From positions 4,832,001 to 4,896,000 of the forward strand of contig OY970303.1 in NCBI GenBank assembly GCA_963716255.1: 64,000 nucleotides of DNA, written 5' to 3'. A program made the translations under genes and the position numbers. Of this stretch, positions 17,597-26,051 are shown one piece after another; position 1 is the stretch's first letter, and each line of letters begins with the position of its first letter. The notes under the pieces are model-generated. The model did no database searches, was not told the origin of the DNA, and saw only the letters and a program-made list of their open reading frames with translations. The DNA is from an uncultured Gemmatimonadales bacterium. Lineage in GTDB: Bacteria > Gemmatimonadota > Gemmatimonadetes > Longimicrobiales > Longimicrobiaceae.

Positions 17597-18201
17597 GCGG
17601 ACCCTGGGAGGAGTCGCGGCTGCGCGTGGCCGTGGCGGGGCGGGTAGCGGACGAGGCCACCGGGCGCCCGGTGGCCGGGGCGCGGGTGGAGGTGGCGGAG
17701 TACCCCGCGGCCTTCCGCGACGCGCTCGCCTTCGCGGCGCGGGCGCACGGCGCGGGGTGGGACGCCCTGTCCCGGCGCCCCGACCGCACCGTCGCCGCCG
17801 CCGACGGCACCTTCTTCCTGGCCGGCCTCCCCGACGGGCGCTACGTCCTGCGGGCGTCGATGCCGGGCGAGGGGAGCCGGCGCGGCGTGGCCCGCGCCAC
17901 GGTCCGGGTCACGGACGGGCGCGCCGGGGGACTCGCGGCCTTCTCGCTCCCCCGCACCACGCTGCAGGGGACGGTCACCGACGCCGCCGGGGAGCCGGTG
18001 GGGATGGCCGAGGTGCGCGTGCGCGGGAGCGGCGAGCGCGCCTTTTCCGGCGGCGACGGGCGCTACGTCCTTGCCGGTGTGGAGGCGGGCGAGCGCACGC
18101 TGGAGGTGCGGGCCCGCGGGCACGCGCCGCTCGCGCGGCCGGCGAGCCTGCCGCTCCCCGGCTGGACGGCCACGGCCGACGTGCCGCTGGGCGGCGCGTA
18201 G
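17593..18201 (+). CDS. Carboxypeptidase regulatory-like (CarboxypepD_reg) domain protein of the eCIS
   Basis: Two 'G.V.D...G.PV..A.V.V...DG.Y.L' units; GTGA overlap. Confidence 0.7.
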   Translation: MSGPWEESRLRVAVAGRVADEATGRPVAGARVEVAEYPAAFRDALAFAARAHGAGWDALSRRPDRTVAAADGTFFLAGLPDGRYVLRASMPGEGSRRGVARATVRVTDGRAGGLAAFSLPRTTLQGTVTDAAGEPVGMAEVRVRGSGERAFSGGDGRYVLAGVEAGERTLEVRARGHAPLARPASLPLPGWTATADVPLGGA

Positions 18202-18295
18202 GGCCGGAATCGAAATCGTAGCGGTCCCTTCCGGGGAGGCGGCCTCCTGCCGACGGTCGTCCGAACCCCCTTCTTCCAGACGGAGAAGAGCACAC

Positions 18296-19441
18296 ATGCC
18301 CCAGTACCTTGCGCCCGGCGTCTACGTCGAAGAGGTGCCCCCGTCGGTCCAGCCGATCGCCGGCGTGGGAACCAGCACCGCCGGCTTCATCGGCGAGGTC
18401 GCCGGCGACGTCGTCATGCCCTCCGAGCCCGTGGCCTACACGCTGGCCGACGCGGGCGAGCCCACGCTGGTGACCAGCTGGGAGCAGTTCAAGAACTCCT
18501 TCGGCGACATCCAGACGGGGAACCGCCTGCTGGCCCACGCCGTCTACGGCTTCTTCAACAACGGCGGCACCCGCTGCTGGGTGGCGCGCGTCGCCGACGC
18601 GGAGAGCGGCACCGCGATCCAGGGGGCGCTGGACGCCTTCGCGGCCATCGACGAGATCGCGCTGGTGGCCGTGCCGGGGATCACCGACAAGGCCGTGCAG
18701 ACGGCCGTGATCACCCACTGCGTCACCACCGGCGACCGCTTCGCCATCCTGGACGGGGTGCAGGCGCCGGCCACGCTGACCTCCGCCGCCATCCAGAACG
18801 GGGTGGGCGACAGCGACTACGCCGCCATGTACTTCCCCTGGATCTCCGTGTACGACCCGGCCACCAACGGCCCCGTGGTGGTGCCGCCCAGCGGCCACGT
18901 CGCCGGGATCTACGCCCGCGTGGACGCCGCCCGCGGCGTGCACAAGGCGCCCGCCAACGAGGTGGTGCGCGGCGCGCTGGGGGTGGACGTGCGCATCAGC
19001 AAGGCGGACCAGGGCGAGCTGAACCAGGCGGGGATCAACGCCATCCGCGACATCAACGGCAACGTCACCGTGTGGGGCGCCCGCACCCTGGGCGGCGACG
19101 CCAACGGCGCCTGGAAGTACGTGCACGTGCGCCGTCTCTTTCTGTTCCTGCGCGAGTCCATCGACGAGGGGACGCAGTGGGTGGTGTTCGAGCCCAACAC
19201 CGCGGCGCTCTGGTCGCGCATCACCCGCAACGTCACCGCCTTCCTCACCAACGTGTGGCGGAGCGGCGCGCTCTTCGGCGCCACCCCGGCGGAGGCGTTC
19301 TACGTGCGCTGCGATGCGTCGCTGAACCCGCCCGAGGTGCGGGAGCTGGGGCAGGTGATCACCGAGATCGGCGTTGCAGTGGTGCAGCCGGCGGAGTTCG
19401 TGGTGTTCCGCATCAGCCAGTGGTCCGGGCCGCAGGGCTGA
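18296..19441 (+). CDS. Phage tail sheath protein 1
   Basis: MPQYLAPGVYVEEV, PPSGHVAGIYAR, HKAPANE, VWGARTL, VRRLF, WVVFEPN. Confidence 0.95.
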   Translation: MPQYLAPGVYVEEVPPSVQPIAGVGTSTAGFIGEVAGDVVMPSEPVAYTLADAGEPTLVTSWEQFKNSFGDIQTGNRLLAHAVYGFFNNGGTRCWVARVADAESGTAIQGALDAFAAIDEIALVAVPGITDKAVQTAVITHCVTTGDRFAILDGVQAPATLTSAAIQNGVGDSDYAAMYFPWISVYDPATNGPVVVPPSGHVAGIYARVDAARGVHKAPANEVVRGALGVDVRISKADQGELNQAGINAIRDINGNVTVWGARTLGGDANGAWKYVHVRRLFLFLRESIDEGTQWVVFEPNTAALWSRITRNVTAFLTNVWRSGALFGATPAEAFYVRCDASLNPPEVRELGQVITEIGVAVVQPAEFVVFRISQWSGPQG

Positions 19442-19466
19442 CCCGCAGCGACCACCGGCCCGCACC

Positions 19467-20636
19467 GTGACCGCCCCCCTCGCCCCCGGCGTATACCGGG
19501 AGTTCTTCGCCACGGCGCCCCGCCCGGCCTTCCGCACCGGCGTTCCCGCCTTCCTGGGGCTCGCCGCCGCGGGGCCGGTGGGGGAGCCCGTGGAGCTCAC
19601 CGGGTGGGCCGACTTCGAGCGCGTCTTCGGGGCGCGCCCGGAGGGCGGCTTCCTCGCCCCGGCGGTGCACGGCTTCTTCCGCATGGGGGGCGCGCTCTGC
19701 ACCGTGGTGCGGCTGGCGGACGGCGGCGCCGCGGCGCTTGCCCGCGGGCTGGCCGCGCTGGAAGCGGCGGAGGGGGTGGACCTGGTGTGCGTCCCCGACG
19801 CCATGCGCCTGCCGCGCGCCGAGGCGGTGCGCCGGCAGCAGGCCGTGCTCCGCCACTGCGAGCGCGTGGGCGGCCGCTTCGCCATCCTGGACTCCGTCCC
19901 CGGCGACGCGCCGGCCGATGTGCTTGCGCAGCGGCGGGAGCTGGCCCGCGAGGGCGACGCCCCCGGGTGGGCCGCGCTGCGCAACGCCGCGCTCTACCAC
20001 CCGTGGCTGCGGGTGGAGGGGTGGGACGGCCCCGTCCCGCCGTGCGGCCACGTCGCCGGGGTCTACGCCGTGTCGGACGCGCGCGTGGGCGTCCACAAGC
20101 CGCCCGCCAACGAGCGGCTGGACGGAGTGCTGGACCTGGCGGCGCTGCTGGACGCCGCCGCGAACGGAATGCTGAACGCCGGCGGGATCAACTGCATCCG
20201 CGCCTTTCCCGGCCGCGGCGTGCGGGTGTGGGGGGCGCGGGCGCTGAGCGGCGCCGACGCCGCCCCGCCGGAGGAGGCCGCCTGGAAGTACGTGAGCGTG
20301 CGGCGCACGGTGCTGACGCTGGGCCGCTGGATCGACGCCGCGCTGGCCGGCATGGCCTTCGAGCCCGCCGACCCCGGGCTGTGGGCCCGCATCGTCCGCG
20401 AGGTGGGCGGCTACCTGAACGCCGCCTTCCGCCGCGGCGCGCTCCAGGGGCGCACGGCGGAGGAAGCGTACTTCGTGCGCTGCGACGCCGCGCTCAACCC
20501 GCCGGAGGTGCGCGCCGCCGGCATGGTGGTGGTGGAGGTGGGCCTCGCCCCCGCCGTACCCAACGAGTTCATCGTCGTCCGCTTCGCGCGCGGCGCGGAC
20601 GACCCCGAAACCCCCGGGCCCACCGGGCCCGCCTGA
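19467..20636 (+). CDS. Phage tail sheath protein 2
   Basis: APGVY, PPCGHVAG, HKPPANE, VWGAR, FEP, FVRCD; GTG start. Confidence 0.9.
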   Translation: MTAPLAPGVYREFFATAPRPAFRTGVPAFLGLAAAGPVGEPVELTGWADFERVFGARPEGGFLAPAVHGFFRMGGALCTVVRLADGGAAALARGLAALEAAEGVDLVCVPDAMRLPRAEAVRRQQAVLRHCERVGGRFAILDSVPGDAPADVLAQRRELAREGDAPGWAALRNAALYHPWLRVEGWDGPVPPCGHVAGVYAVSDARVGVHKPPANERLDGVLDLAALLDAAANGMLNAGGINCIRAFPGRGVRVWGARALSGADAAPPEEAAWKYVSVRRTVLTLGRWIDAALAGMAFEPADPGLWARIVREVGGYLNAAFRRGALQGRTAEEAYFVRCDAALNPPEVRAAGMVVVEVGLAPAVPNEFIVVRFARGADDPETPGPTGPA

Positions 20637-20653
20637 CGACAAGGAGGCCAACC

Positions 20654-21091
20654 GTGCCAGTCGGAGATCGCAGGGACCCGTACCTCAGCTACAACTTCCT
20701 CGTCGAGATCGACGGCATCGTCCGGGCGGGCTTCCGCGAGTGCACCGGGCTGGACTCCAGCCAGGACCCCGTGGAGTACCGCGAGGGCACCGACGGACCC
20801 ACCTCGCGCAAGCTCCCGGGGATGGTGCGCTACTCCAACATCACCCTGCGCTGGGGGATGACGGACGACGCGGAGATCTGGGAGTGGCGCCAGAAGGCGG
20901 CCGAGGGCCGGGTCAAGCGCGTCAACGGCTCCATCGTGCTGCTGGACGCCACCGGGCAGGAGAAGCTGCGCTGGAACTTCGTGGACGCGTGGCCCAGCAA
21001 GTGGTCGGGCCCGTCGCTCAACGCCACCGGCAACGAGGTGGCCATCGAGTCCATCGAGCTGTCCCACGAGGGCCTGGTCCTCCAGCGGTAA
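20654..21091 (+). CDS. Tail tube protein 1 (T4 gp19-like)
   Basis: DPYLSYNFLVEIDG, EYREG, KLPG, NITLRWG, WNFVDAWPSKW, IESIELSHEG; AGGAGG RBS. Confidence 0.95.
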   Translation: MPVGDRRDPYLSYNFLVEIDGIVRAGFRECTGLDSSQDPVEYREGTDGPTSRKLPGMVRYSNITLRWGMTDDAEIWEWRQKAAEGRVKRVNGSIVLLDATGQEKLRWNFVDAWPSKWSGPSLNATGNEVAIESIELSHEGLVLQR

Positions 21092-21100
21092 GGCGGTCGC

Positions 21101-21463
21101 ATGCTGCAGACGGAATTCGCCTTCACGCTCCCCTGCGGCTACGTGGACCGGGAGGGGACGCTCCACCGCGAGGGCGTGATGCGCCTGGCCACGGCGTACG
21201 ACGAGATCGCGCCGCTGCGCGACCCGCGCGTGCAGGCCAACCCCGGCTACCTGGTGGTGATCCTGCTGTCGCGCGTGGTCACCCGGCTGGGCGAGCTGGC
21301 GCAGGTGAACCCCGGCGTGGTGGAGGGCCTGTTCGCCGCGGACCTGGCGTACCTCCAGGCGCTGTACCGGCGCGTCAACGAGAACGGCAGCACGCGCCTG
21401 GCCGTCGCCTGCCCGCACTGCCAGGGCGAGTTCGAGGTGGAGACGGCCGGCCTGGGGGGATAG
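21101..21463 (+). CDS. Putative tail assembly chaperone (gpG-like) of the eCIS
   Basis: MLQTEFAFTLPCGYVD..G.LHREG.MRLATA.DEI, C-terminal CPHC; follows the tube gene. Confidence 0.7.
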   Translation: MLQTEFAFTLPCGYVDREGTLHREGVMRLATAYDEIAPLRDPRVQANPGYLVVILLSRVVTRLGELAQVNPGVVEGLFAADLAYLQALYRRVNENGSTRLAVACPHCQGEFEVETAGLGG

Positions 21464-21651
21464 CCGGCTACCCCTTGGAGCGCTTGTACGAGGAGGTAGC
21501 CTACGTCAGCTACTATCTGCACTGGCCCCATGACCAGGTCATGCAGATGGAGCACCGCGAGCGGCAAGTCTGGGTGGCCGAGGTGTCGCGGATCAACGAG
21601 CGCATCAATCAGGAAGTGCCGGGTGGGTCGGCATCGCATCGGTACGGCTGA
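21454..21651 (+). CDS. DUF6760-like small ORF, probable -1 frameshift extension of the upstream gene
   Basis: YPLERLYEEVAYVSYYLHWPHDQVMQMEHRERQVWVAEVSRIN in the -1 frame, reached via G GGG GGA TAG. Confidence 0.7.
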   Translation, partial: GGIAGYPLERLYEEVAYVSYYLHWPHDQVMQMEHRERQVWVAEVSRINERINQEVPGGSASHRYG

Positions 21652-21661
21652 ACGGCTTTGA

Positions 21662-21804
21662 CGGCGGGGTCGGGCGTGCCCCCGGCTGGCGCCGGGGTCG
21701 GGCTTCGGCTCCGTAGCAGACGAAACGACCGTCTGCAACGGAGTCGAGCCCCGGCGGAAACAGCCCCGCCGGGTCTCGCCCCTCCGGGCCGGAATCCCTC
21801 ACGC
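21662..21804 (+). repeat. R1 repeat copy 5
   Basis: R1 backbone with stem GCAGACG/CGTCTGC. Confidence 0.9.
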
Positions 21805-21832
21805 GGGGTTCGCGCTGGCGTCTGCGGGGGCC

Positions 21833-21965
21833 CCCTCCCCCCGGCCCCCTCCCCCGCAAGCGGGAGAGGGGGAGCACGGCACGACACGGGGGAGTCCGAT
21901 GATCAGGAAGCCATCCCCCAGAATTGGGGGAGGGTGGCGAGCCTCAAGCGAGCCGGGTGGGGGCC
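21833..21965 (+). repeat. R2 repeat
   Basis: CCCCTCCCCCGCAAGCGGGAGAGGGG...CCCCCAGAATTGGGGGAGGGTGGCGAGCCTCAAGCGAGCCGGGTGGGGG. Confidence 0.75.
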
Positions 21966-21977
21966 GCCGTTGCAGGC

Positions 21978-22005
21978 TGTTCCCTGTTCCCTATTCCCTG
22001 TTCCC
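21978..22005 (+). repeat. Heptamer tandem repeat (TGTTCCC)x4 with one variant
   Basis: TGTTCCC TGTTCCC TATTCCC TGTTCCC. Confidence 0.8.
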
Positions 22006-22016
22006 TTTTTCCTGGC

Positions 22017-22553
22017 ATGCTCGGTTTCAACGCACCGCTCAGCGCGGCCACGGGGACGCCCGGAAAGCGCAGCGACCCGTACCTGGGCGCCGGCTTCCTC
22101 GTGGAGATCGAGGGGCTGGTGGTGGGCGGGTTCTCGGAGGTGACGGGGCTGCAGGTGGAGACGGAGGTGGAGGACTACCGCGAGGGCGGGGAGAACGGGT
22201 TCGTCCACCGTCTGCCGGGACCCACGCGCTACCCGTCCAACCTGACGCTGCGGCGGGGGATCACGGACGTGGACACGCTGTGGGCGTGGCACCAGGAGGT
22301 GACCCGCGGGCGCATCGTGCGGCGCAACGGCACCGTCTACCTGCTGGACGCGCAGCGCACGCCGGTGCTCTCCTGGAACTTCGCGGAGGCGTACCCGGTG
22401 CGCTGGTCGGGGCCTGACTTCCGCGCGGAGGGCGGAGCGGTGGCGGTGGAGTCGGTGGAGCTGGCGCACCGGGGGATCGGCCGCCCCGCGCCGGGGCCGG
22501 ACGCCGCGCGGGGGCGCGGCGTCGCCGATGTCCTCGGGCGGTTGCGGGGCTGA
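22017..22553 (+). CDS. Tail tube protein 2 (T4 gp19-like)
   Basis: DPYL...FLVEIEG..GGFSEVTGL, YREGG, LTLRRG, WNFAEAYPVRW, VESVELAH. Confidence 0.9.
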   Translation: MLGFNAPLSAATGTPGKRSDPYLGAGFLVEIEGLVVGGFSEVTGLQVETEVEDYREGGENGFVHRLPGPTRYPSNLTLRRGITDVDTLWAWHQEVTRGRIVRRNGTVYLLDAQRTPVLSWNFAEAYPVRWSGPDFRAEGGAVAVESVELAHRGIGRPAPGPDAARGRGVADVLGRLRG

Positions 22554-23875
22554 TGGCCGTGGCGGACGGCGGCGCGCCCTGGGAAGCGGCGCTGGACCCG
22601 GCGCTGGTGGCGCGGCTCGGCCGCCCGGCCACGCGCCCGGGACTGGTGGACCCGCGCCACGGCGCGGCCATCGCCGCGCGCATCCTGGGCATGACGGAGC
22701 GCCTGCCGCTGCTGGACCTCCTGTCCACGCGCCACGGCTCCGCCGCCCTGGGCGGCGACCGCCCGCCCATCGTCCACGCGCGTCCGGCCCCGCGGGCGGG
22801 CGGCGGGGCGGGGGAGCCCGGCCCGATGGGACCCGCCGGTCCCGCTGGCCCCACCGGCGCGGCCGGCCCCGCCGGACCCGCGGGCGCCGCCGGTCCGGCG
22901 CCCTCCGCGGGCCCGGTGGTCCGGGGCGTGGAGCGCCCCGCCGCGCCCGCGTTCCCGCCGGTCCGCCCCATGGGCGGCGGCGCGGAGCGGCGCACCCCGG
23001 ACGCCGCCGCGCCGCTCCCGGTGGCCTCCGCGCGGCGGCCGCCCGCGGACTCCCCGGCGTCGACGGCGACGCCGGTGGCCGCCCCCGCGGCGACCCGTCT
23101 CCAGCGCGCCGTCGCCGCGGACGCGCCGCCCGCACCGGCCACGGACCGGTCCGCCACGCTCCCGGTCGTGTCCGCGGCCCCCGGCGGCCCATCCGCCTCC
23201 GCGCCCGGCACGCACGCCCCGCAGGCGGGCGCCTCGACGCCGGCCGCGCCGCGGACGGCGGGCGGCGCGGGCGAGGGGGTGGCGCAGCGGAGTCCGGCGC
23301 CCGGGGAAGCGCCGGTCGTCCGTCGGAGCCCCGCTCCCGGCGCGGCGACGGGCTCCCCGGCGAAGGTGGTCGCGGAAACGGCGCGCGGTACGGGGAGCGA
23401 TGCCCGGCTCCCGGCGAGCCCCGCGGACGCTTCGCCGGTGGCCGCCGCCGCGCCGGCCCTGCCGGTGGTCGCCGCCTCGACGGCGCGCGGGGCCACGGGG
23501 GTCCAGCGCTCGCCCGGTTCGACGCCGGCGGGGGCGCCGCCGCGACCGCTCGTGCCCGCGTCTGCCGCCGCCCTGCCGACGGTGCAGCGCGCGCCGGAAA
23601 CTTCCGCGCCGACGGCCGGGACGCTGGTGCACGCGGCGCGGGCGGGGGGCGGAGCGCCGGCCGGGGCGCAGCCTGGCGCGGCGGGCACGCCGCCCGACGG
23701 CACGGTTCAGCGCGCCGCGGCGAGCGCGGCTTCCGCCGCGGTGCCGGCGACGCTGCCGACACGCTCGGCCCAGCCGCAGAGCGCGCCGGGGCCGGACCCC
23801 GCGCGCATCGCCGACCAGGTCTACGAGATGCTGGTGCGGCGCCTGGCGGACGAGCGCCGGCAGCGCGGGGGCTGA
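22553..23875 (+). CDS. Ala/Pro-rich low-complexity eCIS protein (possible tape-measure/adaptor)
   Basis: TGATG coupling to tube 2; collagen-like GXY run; repeated xQR motifs; helical C-terminus DPARIADQVYEMLVRRLADERRQRGG. Confidence 0.6.
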   Translation: MAVADGGAPWEAALDPALVARLGRPATRPGLVDPRHGAAIAARILGMTERLPLLDLLSTRHGSAALGGDRPPIVHARPAPRAGGGAGEPGPMGPAGPAGPTGAAGPAGPAGAAGPAPSAGPVVRGVERPAAPAFPPVRPMGGGAERRTPDAAAPLPVASARRPPADSPASTATPVAAPAATRLQRAVAADAPPAPATDRSATLPVVSAAPGGPSASAPGTHAPQAGASTPAAPRTAGGAGEGVAQRSPAPGEAPVVRRSPAPGAATGSPAKVVAETARGTGSDARLPASPADASPVAAAAPALPVVAASTARGATGVQRSPGSTPAGAPPRPLVPASAAALPTVQRAPETSAPTAGTLVHAARAGGGAPAGAQPGAAGTPPDGTVQRAAASAASAAVPATLPTRSAQPQSAPGPDPARIADQVYEMLVRRLADERRQRGG

Positions 23876-23953
23876 CGTCTCCCACGGACTCGTTTCGAAG
23901 AGCGAGGAGGGGGCGCGGCGGGGTGGTGGGGGGCGAGGGTGGTGCGCGGAGGG

Positions 23954-24118
23954 ACCCCTCTCCCCCCGGCCCCCTCCCCCGCAAGGGGGGAGGGGGAGCA
24001 CGACAAGAGGATGGCGAGGCTCGCGCGCTGGAGGGGAGCACGACGGAGCCTGGGGACAGGCAACCCTCCCCCAGAATTGGGGGAGGGTGGCGAGCCTGAA
24101 GCGAGCCGGGTGGGGGCC
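23954..24118 (+). repeat. R2 repeat
   Basis: Same modules as 21833-21965. Confidence 0.75.
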
Positions 24119-24124
24119 GCCGTC

Positions 24125-24260
24125 GCGTGAGGGATTTCGGCCCGAAGGGGCGAGACCCGCGGGCGGTTTCGCGGGGCTCGACTCCGTTAGGCAGCGTTGT
24201 TTGCTGCCTTACGGAGCCGAAGCCCGACCCCGGCGCAGCCGGGGGCACGCCCGAACCCGG
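24125..24260 (-). repeat. R1 repeat copy 6
   Basis: Near-identical to 7845-7980. Confidence 0.9.
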
Positions 24261-24309
24261 CCGTTCACGAAAGCCGTTCAACCCAGTCTTAACACGACGC
24301 CGAGAAACG

Positions 24310-24927
24310 ATGCCGGAAAAGGCGGTCATCAAGCCGGAAAAGGGCGACGAGATCCCGGTCTGCTACAACCCCACCCAGTACTCGCTGGACCAGGGGAACC
24401 AGCTCGCCGAGGTCGGCATTCCCGGGCTGGGCGCGCCCATCCTCCAGTACGTCCGGGGGAACGGCCGCACCCTCGCCATGGAGCTGTTCTTCGACACGTA
24501 CGAGGAGCAGCGCGACGTCCGCGACCTCACCGGCCCCGTGTACCGGCTGCTGGACGTGGACGCCGACCTGCGCCGCCCCCCGGTCTTCGAGTTCCTGTGG
24601 GGCCGGGAGCCCGTGTGCAGGTGGGTGATGGAGCGCGTGGGCGGGCGCTTCACCCTGTTCCTGGCGGATGGCACCCCGGTGCGGGCCACGCTGAGCGTGG
24701 TGTTCAGGGAGTTCGCGGACGTGGCGGTGACGGTGAGCCGGGCCCAGTCGCCGGCGGCGGAGCAGACCCGCACCTACGTGGTCAGGCGCGGCGACACGCT
24801 CAGCGGGATCGCGGCGGCGCAGTACGGCGACGCGTCGAAGTGGCGCGGGATCGCGGCGGCCAACCGCATCACCAACCCGCGCACCCTGCAGCCCGGGACG
24901 CCGCTGGCGCTCCCCGCGCTGGCGTAG
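24310..24927 (+). CDS. CIS tube-initiator protein with LysM domain (Afp7-like)
   Basis: YNPTQYS, ELFFDT, PP..F.WG, FTLFLADGTPVRA; LysM YVVRRGDTLSGIA...W..IA.AN.I.NP. Confidence 0.9.
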   Translation: MPEKAVIKPEKGDEIPVCYNPTQYSLDQGNQLAEVGIPGLGAPILQYVRGNGRTLAMELFFDTYEEQRDVRDLTGPVYRLLDVDADLRRPPVFEFLWGREPVCRWVMERVGGRFTLFLADGTPVRATLSVVFREFADVAVTVSRAQSPAAEQTRTYVVRRGDTLSGIAAAQYGDASKWRGIAAANRITNPRTLQPGTPLALPALA

Positions 24928-24947
24928 CGGCGGCCCGGGACCCGCGC

Positions 24948-26051
24948 ATGTCCGCCCGCTTCTTCGCGCCCGCGCTCCGGGTGAAAGTCAACGGCTCCGG
25001 GGTGGAGGGCGACGTGTCCGCGCTGGTGCTCGGCCTGTCCGTGGCGCTGGAGCCGGGGGTCCCCGCGCGCTGCGACCTCACCCTGGCGAACCCGCTGCCG
25101 GAGATGCGCTGGACGCACTCCGACGACTGGAAGCTCTTCCAGGAGGGGAACTCGCTGGAGGTGGCGATGGGGTACGCCGACGACCTGCGCCCGGTGTTCG
25201 ACGGCGAGGTCACGGGAATGACCCCTTCGTTCCCGGAGAGCGGCGGGCCCACGCTGCAGGTGCAGGCGCACGACCGGCTGCACCGCCTGCAGGTGGTGCG
25301 GAGGGAGCGGACGCTGACGCGCGGCCGGTACGAGCTGCTGGTGAAGCAGATCGCCGGGGCCGCCGGCCTCACCCCCGCGGTGGACGACACCGGGCCGGAG
25401 CACCCGTACCTGGTGCAGAGCGGGAGGACGGACTACGACTTCCTGCGGGCGCTGGCCAGGGTGATCGGCTTCGAGCTGTTCGTGGAGGGAAGGACGCTGC
25501 ACTTCCGCCCGCCGGCGAGCACGGCGGCCCCGGGGCTGGCGTTCGCCTGGGGGAGCGCGGCGGCGGCGGGGCCGGTGCCGGGGCTCCCGGGGGTGCCCGT
25601 GTACCCGCTGCGCAGCTTCTCGCCCACGCTGGACGCGCGGCAGCAGGTGAGCGAGGTGATCGTGCGCGGGCAGGATCCGCTCTCGCGCGAGGGCTTCGAG
25701 GGGCGCGCCACCGCGCGCGACGTGCCGGCGGCGGGCAAGGAGCCGGCGGCGGACGTGGCGTACCGGGCCTTCGGGGTGAGGAACGAGCTGTACGTGGGCG
25801 ACGAGCCGGTGGCCACCCAGGCGGAGGCGAAGCAGCGGGCCCGCGCCATCTTCGCCGAAAAGGCCATGCAGCTGGTCCGCGGCAGCGGGTCCACCTTGGG
25901 GGTGCCGGAGCTGCGGCCGGGCACCACGGTGCACCTGGAAGGGCTGGGCCCGCGCTTCGGCGGGCGGTACTACGTGAGCCGGGTGACGCACCGCTTCGAC
26001 GGGGGCGGCTTCAGCACCGGCTTCGACGTGCGCAAGGATTCCCTGGGATGA
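24948..26051 (+). CDS. Phage late control D / gp27-like hub (VgrG N-terminal half)
   Basis: MGY...VFDGEV, QSGRTDYDFL..LA...GFE, G.P.LRPG...GLG.RF.G.YYV..VTH. Confidence 0.85.
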   Translation: MSARFFAPALRVKVNGSGVEGDVSALVLGLSVALEPGVPARCDLTLANPLPEMRWTHSDDWKLFQEGNSLEVAMGYADDLRPVFDGEVTGMTPSFPESGGPTLQVQAHDRLHRLQVVRRERTLTRGRYELLVKQIAGAAGLTPAVDDTGPEHPYLVQSGRTDYDFLRALARVIGFELFVEGRTLHFRPPASTAAPGLAFAWGSAAAAGPVPGLPGVPVYPLRSFSPTLDARQQVSEVIVRGQDPLSREGFEGRATARDVPAAGKEPAADVAYRAFGVRNELYVGDEPVATQAEAKQRARAIFAEKAMQLVRGSGSTLGVPELRPGTTVHLEGLGPRFGGRYYVSRVTHRFDGGGFSTGFDVRKDSLG

